Positions 27,615-38,016 of a stretch of 64,000 nucleotides of DNA are shown here, piece by piece; within the stretch, counting starts at the first letter, position 1; every line of letters begins with the position of its first letter. The notes under the pieces are model-generated. The model did no database searches. It saw only the letters and a program-made list of their open reading frames with translations, and had not been told where the DNA came from. Position numbers and translations under genes: made by a program. The stretch lies in assembly GCA_903828955.1 (NCBI GenBank), contig CAIKOA010000008.1, positions 36,813 to 100,812 on the forward strand, written 5' to 3'. The stretch is from an uncultured Candidatus Micrarchaeota archaeon. Its GTDB lineage: Archaea; Micrarchaeota; Micrarchaeia; Anstonellales; Bilamarchaeaceae.

Positions 27615-28688
27615 ATGGGAAAAGTCCACGTAGTGGGAGCCGGGCCTGCAGGCTCTGTTGCGGCGATTTCCGCAATCCGTTCCGGCTACGACGTTTCACT
27701 TTACGAAGAGCACCCATGCGCAGGCGTCCCCACAAACTGCTCCGGCCTAATCTCAAAAGAGGGTTTGGAATCCCTGAAAGGATTCATAGATTACAGGAAG
27801 CACGCAATCCACAAAATGCGCGGGGCAATCCTGGATTTTGCAGGCTTCCAATTGAAGGTGGATTCAAAAAAAGACATCGCTTACATACTAAACCGAGCTT
27901 CCTTTGATGCTGAACTTGCAGCAAATGCAGAGAGGGAAGGCGCAAAGGTAATCTACTCCAAAAAGATGGAAAAGCCATTTCCCGAAGGAACAATAATCGG
28001 GGCAGACGGCCCGAATTCAACGGTCGCTTCTTCCTTTCTTTTCCCCAGGATTCCGAGATTCGTAGGCACCGCGCAGGCAGAGGTAAGATACGATGGGGCA
28101 ATGCCGGAATTTGCAAGGGTATTCCTCTCAAACGAAAGATTCCCGGGCTTTTTTGCATGGCTGATTCCAAAAAATGAGGAAATTGCGGATATGGGCGCAG
28201 GCTGCGTCCTCCCGGGAAACCCGCGCAGGGCATTGGACTCCCTCTCAAAATACGCCGGAATTCCCATTCCAAAAGAGCAGAGGCATTTCATCATCCCGCT
28301 TATGCAGAGGCCGCTTACCGCGGCGCGCATAAGGAAAAGGAACATACTTCTTGCAGGGGATGCGGCAGGCCAGGTGAAATCCACAACCGGCGGAGGCGTC
28401 GTATTTGGCACAAAATGTGCAGCGCTTGCAGGAAAGTACGCGGATTTCCCGGAGCGTTATGAGCAGGAATGGAAGGAAAAATACGGCCCCGACCTTGATG
28501 CGCACTACCGCCTCCACAAATCCCTATGTCAGCTTAACGATGATTCACTGCGCACAATAGGCTCGCTTGCCTCCACTCTCCAGATAGAAAGGTTTCTGGA
28601 AGAAAAAGGGAACATGGACAGGCCGACGAGCATGCTCTGCCCGGAACTCCTTCTCCACCCCCTCTCACTGCTGAAAAATAGGGATTAA
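27615..28688 (+). CDS. Geranylgeranyl reductase family FAD oxidoreductase
   Basis: VGAGPAG, GADG, FAWLIP, GDAAGQVKSTTGGG. Confidence 0.92.
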   Translation: MGKVHVVGAGPAGSVAAISAIRSGYDVSLYEEHPCAGVPTNCSGLISKEGLESLKGFIDYRKHAIHKMRGAILDFAGFQLKVDSKKDIAYILNRASFDAELAANAEREGAKVIYSKKMEKPFPEGTIIGADGPNSTVASSFLFPRIPRFVGTAQAEVRYDGAMPEFARVFLSNERFPGFFAWLIPKNEEIADMGAGCVLPGNPRRALDSLSKYAGIPIPKEQRHFIIPLMQRPLTAARIRKRNILLAGDAAGQVKSTTGGGVVFGTKCAALAGKYADFPERYEQEWKEKYGPDLDAHYRLHKSLCQLNDDSLRTIGSLASTLQIERFLEEKGNMDRPTSMLCPELLLHPLSLLKNRD

Positions 28689-28729
28689 ATACTTTTAGTT
28701 CCTATTCTAGATACTCGACGAGGTCTCAT

Positions 28730-29227
28730 ATGCTCCAGCAACTGCAGGCTGAAACGCCTGTGCAGAGAAAAACCTATTTCCCCAGCGAGACCGAGGCAGC
28801 GCCTCCATTCATACGCGAGCATTACAACGAGCTCCACGACAAGCACAAATTCCAGACCGTGATCACTTACATTCCCCGCATAAGGGGCTCATTCAACGGG
28901 GAACTCGAAAAATTCGACAAGCTCCCCAAGGAGGAGCGCTTCAGGCTTTACGAAAATTTCATGTTCGGGGAGGTGCGCAACGCCACAGAGGAGATCGCGC
29001 GCGCAGAAGACAAGCTGAAATACATGAAGAAGGTCGAGCGCACGCAGGAAAAGCAGGCGAAGAAAATCTCCGACATGATAGACAGCAAGGAAGACCTGAA
29101 GGCAGAGGATATGCGGGTTTTCCTTCCTCCGAAAATGTTCGCCCGCCTGATGCTTTATGTGAAATACGCGGGCAACAACAAGAAAACAATACGCGCATTT
29201 TTCAAGAACCTGGAGAAGGAGAAATAG
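28730..29227 (+). CDS. Hypothetical protein
   Basis: GAGGT SD; 165-aa ORF. Confidence 0.7.
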   Translation: MLQQLQAETPVQRKTYFPSETEAAPPFIREHYNELHDKHKFQTVITYIPRIRGSFNGELEKFDKLPKEERFRLYENFMFGEVRNATEEIARAEDKLKYMKKVERTQEKQAKKISDMIDSKEDLKAEDMRVFLPPKMFARLMLYVKYAGNNKKTIRAFFKNLEKEK

Positions 29228-29239
29228 CTATTTTTGGAA

Positions 29240-29313
29240 AGCCCCCGGAGGGATTTGAACCCTCGACCTATTGTTTACGAAACAATCGCTCTGCCAGGCT
29301 GAGCTACAGAGGC
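29240..29313 (-). tRNA. tRNA-Thr(CGU)
   Basis: ATTGT-TTCGTAA-ACAAT. Confidence 0.96.
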
Positions 29314-29372
29314 ATATGCCGTTCAAGCCATTTTTATCAATCGTTGGTTTTTTATGGCTTGGGGCGAATCCA

Positions 29373-29453
29373 CGCCGACGGCAGGATTCGAACCTACAAT
29401 CCCTTGCGGGACCAGTTTTCGAGACTGGCGAAATACCGTTATTCGACGTCGGC
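29373..29453 (-). tRNA. tRNA-Ser(CGA)
   Basis: CCAGT-CTCGAAA-ACTGG; variable arm TCCC-GCAA-GGGA; G discriminator. Confidence 0.94.
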
Positions 29454-29522
29454 ATGCCACTTGCTAATAAACGGCATAATCATTTGCACCCGTTTATTTT
29501 AAAAAACAAATCCGTGCGCGTT

Positions 29523-29601
29523 GCGTAAGGAGATGTTTAAAGAGTTGCAAAGCATAAGGAGAGTAATATTCGACACTGTTTTTCTTTTAGGTGTGCTAGC
29601 C
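29523..29601 (-). repeat. Dispersed repeat family A copy 6
   Basis: GCGTAAGGAGATG..AAAGAGTTGCAAA..GAGTAATAT..ACTGTTTTTCTTTTAGGTGTGCTAGCC. Confidence 0.85.
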
Positions 29602-29702
29602 AAAAATAATATATTGAAAAATAGCAAGAAACAGGAGGAACCCCTAAGGATTTTTGGATACCCGTTTTTGTCGTAAGTAAGCAGATGGCCAAAAACGGGA
29701 TA

Positions 29703-29773
29703 TGCGGCCGCCGGGATTCGAACCCGGGTCGTTGGCTTGGAAGGCCAAAATCCTACCGCTAGACTACGACCGC
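29703..29773 (-). tRNA. tRNA-Gly(UCC)
   Basis: TTGGC-CTTCCAA-GCCAA. Confidence 0.96.
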
Positions 29774-29851
29774 TAAAAAGCAAGTTATTGTTGCATAAAT
29801 TCACTTTTTAAACATTCCATTACAATATCAACCAATTTCTGAGGTATTATC

Positions 29852-30979
29852 ATGTTTCCAAATATATACAAGGGGGATTACCGCCTTTTGCTGATTCCGC
29901 CCCTCTTGCTCATAGCAATATCACTATTGCTCGTCCCCACAATGAAATTCGGGGTTGATTTCCGAGGAGGCACCCTCATCACGCTCCAGCTTTCCGGAGA
30001 TATCGACAAGGCGGCACTCGAGCAGGAACTGACTTCGATGGGCCTTGACGCACAAGTAAATGTTTTTGAGGGAACTGTCAGCAGGACAGCGGAAATAGAG
30101 GTTTCCCAGACCGACGCGCTGATTGAAGCGGACAAATTGAAGGAGCAGTTCAATCCCCTCTTGGAAAAGGTCGCGGTTTTGGAAGCCCAGTCAAACGCAG
30201 ACCCCACAAAGTTGAAGGATTACAATACGCAGAGGGACCAGCTCAATTCGCTTGCAGACCGGATGTTCGAGCTCGGCGGAGTAACCTCGAAGGCGGAGTC
30301 CTTCACCAACCTCAACCAGCTGCGCACAAGCTTTTCGGACGCATACCTGAAGGTCTACGAAATCCACACCTCAAAAATAATGGATGCGATTAACCGGAGG
30401 GCCCACTACTCCAGCTATTCCATAGTCACCGTAAGCCCGGCCCTCAGCATGAGGTTCCTTGAGCAGGCAGGAAACGTAGTTTTATACTCGGCAATCCTGA
30501 GCGTAATCCTGGTATTCATCTTTTTCCGCCTTCCAGTTCCAAGCGCCGCGGTCCTAATCGGTGCGGCAAGCGACATAATAATCGCAATGGGCGGAATGTG
30601 CCTATTCGGAATCCCGCTCACGCTGCCCTCGTTTGCAGCCCTTCTAATGTTGATCGGCTTCTCCCTGGACACCGATATTCTGCTTACCACAAGGATCCTG
30701 AAAAGAAGGGGCGAGCCGAGAGAAAATGCATTCGATGCAATGAAGACCGGAATGACCATGAGCTTCTCGGCAATCGTTGCATTCAGCGTCCTGTTCATAA
30801 TCGCAATGCTTACCCATATCACGACTTATTATGAGATTTCCGCGGTTGCCCTTGCCGGCCTTGTCGGGGACATCTTTGCAACATGGGGGATAAACGCAGT
30901 AATTATTCTCTATTATAAGGAAAGGCTGGACCATAAGGAAAAAATTGAACATGGCAGGCCGGAGCACACGGGGGGATGA
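29852..30979 (+). CDS. secF: Protein translocase subunit SecF
   Basis: GVDFRGGT, AALLMLIGFSLDTDILLTTR. Confidence 0.95.
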   Translation: MFPNIYKGDYRLLLIPPLLLIAISLLLVPTMKFGVDFRGGTLITLQLSGDIDKAALEQELTSMGLDAQVNVFEGTVSRTAEIEVSQTDALIEADKLKEQFNPLLEKVAVLEAQSNADPTKLKDYNTQRDQLNSLADRMFELGGVTSKAESFTNLNQLRTSFSDAYLKVYEIHTSKIMDAINRRAHYSSYSIVTVSPALSMRFLEQAGNVVLYSAILSVILVFIFFRLPVPSAAVLIGAASDIIIAMGGMCLFGIPLTLPSFAALLMLIGFSLDTDILLTTRILKRRGEPRENAFDAMKTGMTMSFSAIVAFSVLFIIAMLTHITTYYEISAVALAGLVGDIFATWGINAVIILYYKERLDHKEKIEHGRPEHTGG

Positions 30980-30982
30980 AAA

Positions 30983-32638
30983 ATGGTTGACCACAAACAC
31001 ACCATCGGAGCGCTTTTCATTCTCTTTGCAATAGGGATTTTTGCATTCCCTCTTTTCTCGGGGCTGGTCCTCATACTCTCCTTAGTAGTTTTCGGGGGGC
31101 TTTCCTCCATCTGGAAGGAGCGCGAGCTCAAGCTCCTTTCGCTGGCAGCGATAGTCCTTCTCGCCCTATGCAACATGGGCATAAACGGGATGAAATTCGG
31201 CATTGATTTCAGCGGAGGAACCAGGATTCCAATCATCCTTGAATCCCCGGCATCCCAGACAACAATGACCGAAATGGTCGACATCATAAAGAAGAGGGCA
31301 TCCGCATTCGGCCTTACCGAAGTAAAGGTAAAATCAATCGGGGACAGCCAGATAAACGTCGAAGTCCCAAGCGGAGACCCCGCACTCATAAGCACAGTAG
31401 AATCCCTCCTCTCCCACCAGGGAGTGTTCGAGGGTGTTGTTGATGGGAAGGTGGCGCTCTCTGGAGACGCTATTCTTCCGGGAACAATCCAGAACGTGCC
31501 AGCCACCTATCTGCATGGGGCGGACTGGGGGGTGCAGTTTTCCGTAACTAGAGACGGCGCAGAGCATTTTGCCTCAACAGTCAACGGCAAGGCAAACTAC
31601 CCGCTCTACATGTACCTGGACCGCCCGAAGGATGCGATAGTCATCGCTTCCTGGGATGAAGTGAGCAAGAACGTTAAAGTCAAGGACAGGCAGATGGTGC
31701 GTTCGGCAGCCAAGAAGGCGCTCACGGTGGAAAACAGCACAATCAACTTCTATATATTGGATGAGCTGAACGTGTCCTCGCTCCACGCCTCCACGAACAA
31801 GACCAAGGCAATAGTTTCCAAGGCAACGGAAGCCCAGATTGGAAGCCAGCTTCGTGCAGAGGGCTTCACCGTCCAGGTCGTGGAAGACACTGAGATATCC
31901 CCGGATGTTCAGCAGATTGAAACAGGAGAATACATAATAGAGGAATGGAAGGCGGTTGGGCTTCTTTCCTCTCCAGTCCTCAACCCGACCGTAACAGTGG
32001 GCACTCCAAACTACGGCTACATCATCAGCGGAGGGGCCCAAGGGGACACCCCTGCGGAAAAGCAGACGGACGCATACAACAAGGAAAAGGGAATCCAGTC
32101 CATCCTTAAGGGAGGGGCTCTTCCAATCCAGATTTCGATTGGAAGCAAAACCACGATCCCTGCGCCTCTCGGTTCGGAATTCCTCAAATTGAGCGTAATC
32201 GGGCTCTTCATCTCATTGATTGCAATCTCGCTCCTTGTTTCAGTCAGGTACAGGAAGATGAACATCCTCCTCCCGATCATCGCAATCAGCGTCTCTGAAA
32301 TGATAATCCTGCTTTCCATCCTGGGCTCGTTTACAATCGACCTTGCGGCGATGGCAGGAATAATTGCGGCAATCGGCGTAGGGGTTGATGCGCAAATCGT
32401 GATTACCGATGAACTCCTCAAGAAATCCGCAGGAACGCCGCAGGAGAGGCTTGAGAACGCATTCACCATCATAACCACGAACGTTGTGGTGGCGATCTTT
32501 GCGATGGTCCCGCTGCTCTTCTCAGGAATGGTCGAGATTATCGGGTTTGCAATATCCACAATCCTGGGCTCGCTCCTCGGGCTGCTGATCTCAAGGCCGT
32601 CCTACGCAGCGCTGGTGCAGAACATCGCAGAAGAATAG
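30983..32638 (+). CDS. secD: Protein translocase subunit SecD
   Basis: GIDFSGGT, LKGGALP, AGIIAAIGVGVDAQIVITDE. Confidence 0.95.
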   Translation: MVDHKHTIGALFILFAIGIFAFPLFSGLVLILSLVVFGGLSSIWKERELKLLSLAAIVLLALCNMGINGMKFGIDFSGGTRIPIILESPASQTTMTEMVDIIKKRASAFGLTEVKVKSIGDSQINVEVPSGDPALISTVESLLSHQGVFEGVVDGKVALSGDAILPGTIQNVPATYLHGADWGVQFSVTRDGAEHFASTVNGKANYPLYMYLDRPKDAIVIASWDEVSKNVKVKDRQMVRSAAKKALTVENSTINFYILDELNVSSLHASTNKTKAIVSKATEAQIGSQLRAEGFTVQVVEDTEISPDVQQIETGEYIIEEWKAVGLLSSPVLNPTVTVGTPNYGYIISGGAQGDTPAEKQTDAYNKEKGIQSILKGGALPIQISIGSKTTIPAPLGSEFLKLSVIGLFISLIAISLLVSVRYRKMNILLPIIAISVSEMIILLSILGSFTIDLAAMAGIIAAIGVGVDAQIVITDELLKKSAGTPQERLENAFTIITTNVVVAIFAMVPLLFSGMVEIIGFAISTILGSLLGLLISRPSYAALVQNIAEE

Positions 32639-32659
32639 AAAACAACCCATATCTTTTCT

Positions 32660-33751
32660 TTACTTCTTTTTCTTCTCAGAAATTGCCGAGAGGTAAACCT
32701 CCCTCGTCTTCTCGGCCACCCTCTTCCAGGAATAATCCTTCTTAACCTTCTCCTTTGCCTTCTCCACTATTCGTAAGTATTCCTTTTCCTTCGCCCCGAA
32801 TTCCCGAAGGCGCTCCGCAAGCCCAGCCTCATCCGGGAAAAGGAACTTCTCCGCATCAGCGCCATAAACCTCGCGGAAAAGTTCAGGGGCTTCCCCCACC
32901 GGAGTAGAGAACATCGGCCTTCCCGCAGCCATTGCCTCAAGCCACACAAGGGAGAACCCCTCATACCTGCTCGGAAGAACAATTGCTTTTGAATAGCAGT
33001 AAATCTTGCCCACATCACCGGGCTGCACTTCGGTGAATTCCGCATCCACCTTTAATTCTTTTGCAAGGGCTTCCAGGCTCTTTTTCGCCCCGTCGTCATT
33101 TCCGGCAATCAGTATTTTCTCTTTTCCTCCTGTCCGCGCGGCAGCGCGTATGAGCATGTCCACCTGCTTATCTTTATCCAGCCTCCCCACATAGGTGAAG
33201 TATTCGCCTTCAGTAAAAGGGGGGCATTCGAATGCGGAGGCGTTAACCCCATTAGGAATATACACTATTTTTCCAGGCGCAACCCGCCCCTCAATAAATG
33301 GAATCGAGTGCCTGGACACAACGATTACCCGTGAAGAAGCCGCAAATATGATGCGCGCAAACGTATTCCGATAAATCCACTGCGCAACCCGCCCCATCCC
33401 AGAGAGCTGGGGATATCCATGCACCGTGAATACGAATGGCTTCCCCCTCACCTTTGCCGCAACCGCGGTGCACACCGGCATCAGCGACCCATACCCATGC
33501 GACGCATACACATCTGCATCTTCAGCCATTAGCCTTAAGGCAAGGAAAGGAATCCATGAAACCGAAGAAAAGAAAGGAAACTTTAGCGCCCAGTGCCGTT
33601 TAACCAGGAAAGGCTCCCCCCCTCCTTTTCCGGAAGTGTGCACAACAATGCTTTCCCCCATCCCGTGCAGGCATTCGCAAAGCTCATACGCATGCCTCTC
33701 AATCCCCCCGATTGCCGGGGGAAAGGAATGGACCGCTTGCACTATCTTCAT
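32660..33751 (-). CDS. GT4 glycosyltransferase
   Basis: PPAIGGIE, IPNGV, VGRL, PSRYEGFSLVWLEAMAAG. Confidence 0.95.
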   Translation of the reverse strand: MKIVQAVHSFPPAIGGIERHAYELCECLHGMGESIVVHTSGKGGGEPFLVKRHWALKFPFFSSVSWIPFLALRLMAEDADVYASHGYGSLMPVCTAVAAKVRGKPFVFTVHGYPQLSGMGRVAQWIYRNTFARIIFAASSRVIVVSRHSIPFIEGRVAPGKIVYIPNGVNASAFECPPFTEGEYFTYVGRLDKDKQVDMLIRAAARTGGKEKILIAGNDDGAKKSLEALAKELKVDAEFTEVQPGDVGKIYCYSKAIVLPSRYEGFSLVWLEAMAAGRPMFSTPVGEAPELFREVYGADAEKFLFPDEAGLAERLREFGAKEKEYLRIVEKAKEKVKKDYSWKRVAEKTREVYLSAISEKKKK

Positions 33752-33761
33752 TCAATTCCTC

Positions 33762-34754
33762 TCAGTTCTCAACAGTTATTTCTAAGTTGTTGCCATCGAA
33801 TGCAACCTTCGCATCCTTGCCGTCAAAGTCGTTGTATACCGTAATGTTCCTCACTTGCGCTTTCAGGTAGAGCGTCTGCCTGGTGTTCGTCCAGTCATTT
33901 GCGCTTCCGCTTACCACTACTGCCTTAGGCTTGAGCTTGTCAAATAAGAAGTCCAGCTCGCTCAGCCCCTCGCTCATCCCGTGCCAGGGCATCTGCACAA
34001 CGTCGCAGGGCTTGGAATCCATTAAGATTTTTGTCTGCGCGCTCCCTTCAATATCCCCGGTAAGGAGGGTGCAGAACCCCCTCTCATCTTCCAGCCTTAG
34101 CGACACGCCGTCATTATTCGGGTCGAAGAACCTTCCCTCTCCCTTGATGGGGTTTTCAACTATCACATGAATCCCGCTGTAAAGGTTCTCATCCCCCCTG
34201 CCCACAAATTTGACCTGCCCCTCCTTCTTTATGCCGTTTATGTAGGAGGTATATCCAGCAGAGCCTTCTTCGCTCCTCCAGATATCCCCTATGCGGAAGT
34301 TCTCCCCCACATATTGCAGCCCCCCATAGTGGTCAGGGTCATCATGGGTGGAAACGACCACCTCAAGGTCATCAACCTGCTTCTCAAGGAGGAAATTCAC
34401 AACGGCCTGTTTTTTGGATTCGGGCCCCCCGTCAATCAGCATGTCGAAATCCCCTTTCTTCACGAGGATTGCATCGCCCTGGGTGTTCCCATCCCCCACA
34501 TTTATGAAGTAAACGTACATGGTCGCATTCGGGTCTTCCGCATATTCAACTGCGGGCCGGACTTCCACCGGAGGCTTCTCCCCTCCAGTAATGGTCGTAT
34601 TGGTGCCCCCCGTGATTACAAGGTGCCCTCCCGTAGTCCCGTTTCCATGGCTGACGGGCACGGTTTCATTCTCAACCACCACAGGAGGTTTCTGCTCGCC
34701 GCACCCGGCAAGGAAAATAAAAACCACAAACAATGCAAACAATTTTCTCATCAT
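33762..34754 (-). CDS. ComEC/Rec2-like MBL-fold lipoprotein
   Basis: LAGC lipobox; VGxGDAIL, LIDGG, THDDPDHYGG, LTGD. Confidence 0.88.
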   Translation of the reverse strand: MMRKLFALFVVFIFLAGCGEQKPPVVVENETVPVSHGNGTTGGHLVITGGTNTTITGGEKPPVEVRPAVEYAEDPNATMYVYFINVGDGNTQGDAILVKKGDFDMLIDGGPESKKQAVVNFLLEKQVDDLEVVVSTHDDPDHYGGLQYVGENFRIGDIWRSEEGSAGYTSYINGIKKEGQVKFVGRGDENLYSGIHVIVENPIKGEGRFFDPNNDGVSLRLEDERGFCTLLTGDIEGSAQTKILMDSKPCDVVQMPWHGMSEGLSELDFLFDKLKPKAVVVSGSANDWTNTRQTLYLKAQVRNITVYNDFDGKDAKVAFDGNNLEITVEN

Positions 34755-34796
34755 TTTCTACACCTTCTGCTCATTCTGATTAATACTCAATAATAC

Positions 34797-35327
34797 CTAT
34801 TTTATGAGTTTGCCCCTCGCATCCTCAAGAAGCGCCCTGCAAACGTCCTGCTTGTGCCGCAAATCCGGAATCAGCGCCCCTGAGAAATGCAGGTGCCCGA
34901 TCGCATCATATATCGCATCCATTTTCTGGAAGTAATATTCCGCCTTATCCCGCTTCCCTTCCCTTAATTGCTCCACTACGAGCCTCTTGATTTCCCCAAT
35001 GCAATCCAATAGGCCCAGAAGGTAGGGCTCTCCCTCCACCCCGATCTCATTATTCGAGGGAATCTCCCCTTCTTCCGCAACCGCAATTAATGCAACCGCT
35101 TCCGTATACTCCTGCTCAACCATTCTCCTCCTGTTGCCTATGCGCGGAAGCGCCTCCATGCCGCTTTTAGCCCGTGCCGCAAGCTCCTTTGCCTCCTGGA
35201 GGTTCCCATTGTGCACCTCCTTAATCGCCTTTGCGCACATCCTCACTACTCCTCTCTCATCGCGGATGTAGGAATCCAGCTCCTTTTCCTTCTCCAGAAG
35301 TATCTTTTCTATTTCAGGGACGTTCAT
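34797..35327 (-). CDS. Translin/Trax family protein
   Basis: QEYTEA, YLLGLLDCIGEIKR, LRHKQD. Confidence 0.88.
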   Translation of the reverse strand: MNVPEIEKILLEKEKELDSYIRDERGVVRMCAKAIKEVHNGNLQEAKELAARAKSGMEALPRIGNRRRMVEQEYTEAVALIAVAEEGEIPSNNEIGVEGEPYLLGLLDCIGEIKRLVVEQLREGKRDKAEYYFQKMDAIYDAIGHLHFSGALIPDLRHKQDVCRALLEDARGKLIK

Positions 35328-35380
35328 GCACCTATTTCCCAATCGCATTCTTTTATAACTTTGCTGCGGATAGCCCCTTC

Positions 35381-36040
35381 ATGATAGTCCTGAACCTGAA
35401 GAACTATTCGGAGACTTACAAGAGGATTGACCTTCTTGTGGATGCGGCGCGGGAAGCCTCCCAATTGAGCGAAGTGCGCATAGTGGTCTGCCCTCCCCCA
35501 ACGCACTTGCAGAGGGCAAGGATGGCGCACAAAGACGTATTTGCGCAGCACGTTGACCCGCTTGAACCAGGCGCATACACCGGCTACACCCTTCCCGAAG
35601 GGGTAAAATCCCTGGGCGCAAAAGGCTCCCTCATAAACCACTCAGAACGCAGGTGCCCGGACAAGGTTTCGCTTGCGGTTCCAATGCTCAAGAAATACGA
35701 GCTTGAATCCATCGTTTGCGCGGAAAGCCCGGCCGAATGCAAGCAGTTTGCAAAATTCAAGCCGAACTTCATCGCAATCGAGCCGCCTGAACTCATAGGC
35801 TCAGGAAAGAGCGTCTCCAAAACCAAGCCGAAAGTGATTAGCGATTCTTTGGATGCGGTAAGGAAGGTAAGCAAAGACATTCCCCTTCTCTGCGGAGCAG
35901 GGGTCAGCGACAAAAAGGACGTGGACAAGGCACTCTCCCTTGGCGCTTCCGGGGTTCTGCTCGCCTCAGCGTTCGTAAAGGATCCGGACCCGCTCAAGTT
36001 CCTAATGAACCTTTCCAAGCCCTTCAAGCATTATATGTAG
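35381..36040 (+). CDS. tpiA: Triosephosphate isomerase (archaeal type)
   Basis: NLKNY, AQHVD, INHSERR, IEPPELIGSG, LCGAGV. Confidence 0.96.
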   Translation: MIVLNLKNYSETYKRIDLLVDAAREASQLSEVRIVVCPPPTHLQRARMAHKDVFAQHVDPLEPGAYTGYTLPEGVKSLGAKGSLINHSERRCPDKVSLAVPMLKKYELESIVCAESPAECKQFAKFKPNFIAIEPPELIGSGKSVSKTKPKVISDSLDAVRKVSKDIPLLCGAGVSDKKDVDKALSLGASGVLLASAFVKDPDPLKFLMNLSKPFKHYM

Positions 36041-36120
36041 TCACCAGGCAGGGGAGATCCCCCGCCTAGTGGAACCTACCCCCCCTCGCTAGGCTTATGT
36101 CCTTAGGTCGCTTCGCATTA
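36041..36120 (-). repeat. Structured element family B copy 2
   Basis: G7 run then CACU-AGGC-GGGGG-AUCU-CCCCU-GCCU-GGUG hairpin. Confidence 0.55.
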
Positions 36121-36246
36121 TTCTTTACCCATCCCCAACCTGCCCCATAACACGTCCTTGGTTTTATTTGCGTTCTTTTCCTCTATTTTGTGTTCATTTT
36201 AGTGGTTTAATGTGGGTTTAAAAAGGTTTTCCCCCATAATAACATT

Positions 36247-38016
36247 ATGACTGATAATCCTAAAGAGGTCAAAGCAAAAACTGATGCGGCAGTCGCACAG
36301 GGAAGGCGTTTTTTCCTAGGCGACGTTGCAGGCAGCCTGCACAGGCAGCAGGCAGCAGCGCAGAGAACCACTCCTCCTCCACAGGCAGCCGCGCAAAAGC
36401 CGGCTCCGGAACCCGCGAGGAAAACCAGGGGCTTCGAAGAGCCCGCGCCAAAAAGCCCAGAACCGCCTCAAATACTTCAAAAACCTCCTGTTTATCCGCG
36501 CCCACAGGGAGCCCGCACAACCCCCCCGATGTCATTCGGTTTTGATCCGGAAGGGGGCGCCAGCAAGGCCAGCGGGGAAAGGGCGCCAACAATCATTCCG
36601 GCGGAGCCACAGCCTTCTCCGGAAGGTTTTGTCGAAAAGGGAGGCACCCCGGACAGCATAATGGACGCGCTTTTTGGCGCAACAAACAGGGAAGCGAGGC
36701 TCGAAGAGATGCTCTCAATAAAGCAGGGTGTTTCAAAACTGGCGCTCCAGCGCGGCACCGCCCCGATGCAGATGGACGCATTTACAGAAGAAAGCGAGGT
36801 GAGCGAAAATATCGAGCGCCTAAAGGGAAAGATCCCCACCCGCTTCGTCCCATTCATCGAATCCGCAATGGAAGTGCTCGCAAAGAACATGAAGGGCTAT
36901 GAGCCCCTCGTGAAAGTCATGATGACGGAGCGCAGGTGGACGCACGAGCAGGAGGAGACCCTCGGTGGCGCGCTTTCAGCCGCTTCCGACGAGCTCCAGA
37001 GGATTTTCAGCAGGATGTACAAGCAGGAGGCGGTCCAGAGGGTGAAAAGCAGGCAGGAAATCAAGGGGCTTGCGGACCCGGGGGAGGTCGAGAAGCTTTT
37101 CGCACACACAATCCTAAGCTCAAAGCACGCAAACGCAAACCGCGAAACAAACGTTTTCGACGCATTCGCAAAAGGCGCAACGTTCGTTTTCCTGAGCCAG
37201 CAAAGGCCGCGCACATTCATGCACGCACTCGGCCACCCGGAAATCGCAAAACCCTATGGCGCTTTCGGTGGCGTTGAAGGACTCGGCGTGATGCTCGGGC
37301 TCGACCTTCCGGACCCGCAAACCGTTAACAACATGCCAAACCCGCTGATAGGGCTCGGCTTCCGCCTTTACTCGGAAGTGCACCTCACCACCCTTGCAGG
37401 CTGGCTTGTTTCGGTCTCGTCCAAGTGGCCGCGGCCGCAGATTGTCGGTCGTTTTGAGAACATGGTGAAGCACGATGTGGACGAATTCCAGAGCGCGGTC
37501 TCCGAAACACGCTTCAACGCAGAAATGTTCTTCCAGGTGCTTGGGAGGGAAGACCACTCAAAAATCAGGTCCGATAAGAGCCTGAATTCGATATTCGAAG
37601 AAGCCGCCAAGGGCTCGGGAAGCATGATTTACGGGAACGCAGACGACATTTTCGATGCGCTCGAAGCGGTGGTTGGATACATGAACATGCTGAAGCACGA
37701 CAAGGTCGCAAGGACGCTGTTCCTCGAGTCCTATCTTGCAAACTACCCGCTCGGAACGAACGGGGGGACCTTCTACAAGATGTTCGGGATGTGCCTTTTC
37801 AACGAAAAAGACGACATAGAGCGCCACCCGGAAGTTGTGGAAGCATTCCAGAACGACCCGGACGCGCGCGTACAGTTCCACATCCAGGAGAAGCTCGAGC
37901 AGCTCGAAGTAAGGAAGACGCTCATGGGCCTGAGGGCGGGCCAAGAAGCCGCCAAGGGAGAAAAACCCGAAGACGATTTCGGGGACCTGACCTTCGAGGG
38001 AGAACCAAAGCCCTAG
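36247..38016 (+). CDS. Orphan protein, Pro-rich N-terminus + helical domain
   Basis: 589-aa ORF. Confidence 0.8.
   Translation: MTDNPKEVKAKTDAAVAQGRRFFLGDVAGSLHRQQAAAQRTTPPPQAAAQKPAPEPARKTRGFEEPAPKSPEPPQILQKPPVYPRPQGARTTPPMSFGFDPEGGASKASGERAPTIIPAEPQPSPEGFVEKGGTPDSIMDALFGATNREARLEEMLSIKQGVSKLALQRGTAPMQMDAFTEESEVSENIERLKGKIPTRFVPFIESAMEVLAKNMKGYEPLVKVMMTERRWTHEQEETLGGALSAASDELQRIFSRMYKQEAVQRVKSRQEIKGLADPGEVEKLFAHTILSSKHANANRETNVFDAFAKGATFVFLSQQRPRTFMHALGHPEIAKPYGAFGGVEGLGVMLGLDLPDPQTVNNMPNPLIGLGFRLYSEVHLTTLAGWLVSVSSKWPRPQIVGRFENMVKHDVDEFQSAVSETRFNAEMFFQVLGREDHSKIRSDKSLNSIFEEAAKGSGSMIYGNADDIFDALEAVVGYMNMLKHDKVARTLFLESYLANYPLGTNGGTFYKMFGMCLFNEKDDIERHPEVVEAFQNDPDARVQFHIQEKLEQLEVRKTLMGLRAGQEAAKGEKPEDDFGDLTFEGEPKP

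Noticed and set aside
25298-29804. Integrated virus or island at the tRNA cluster
   Set aside because: No integrase, capsid or replication genes; a housekeeping reductase lies inside; short ORFs over tRNAs are spurious
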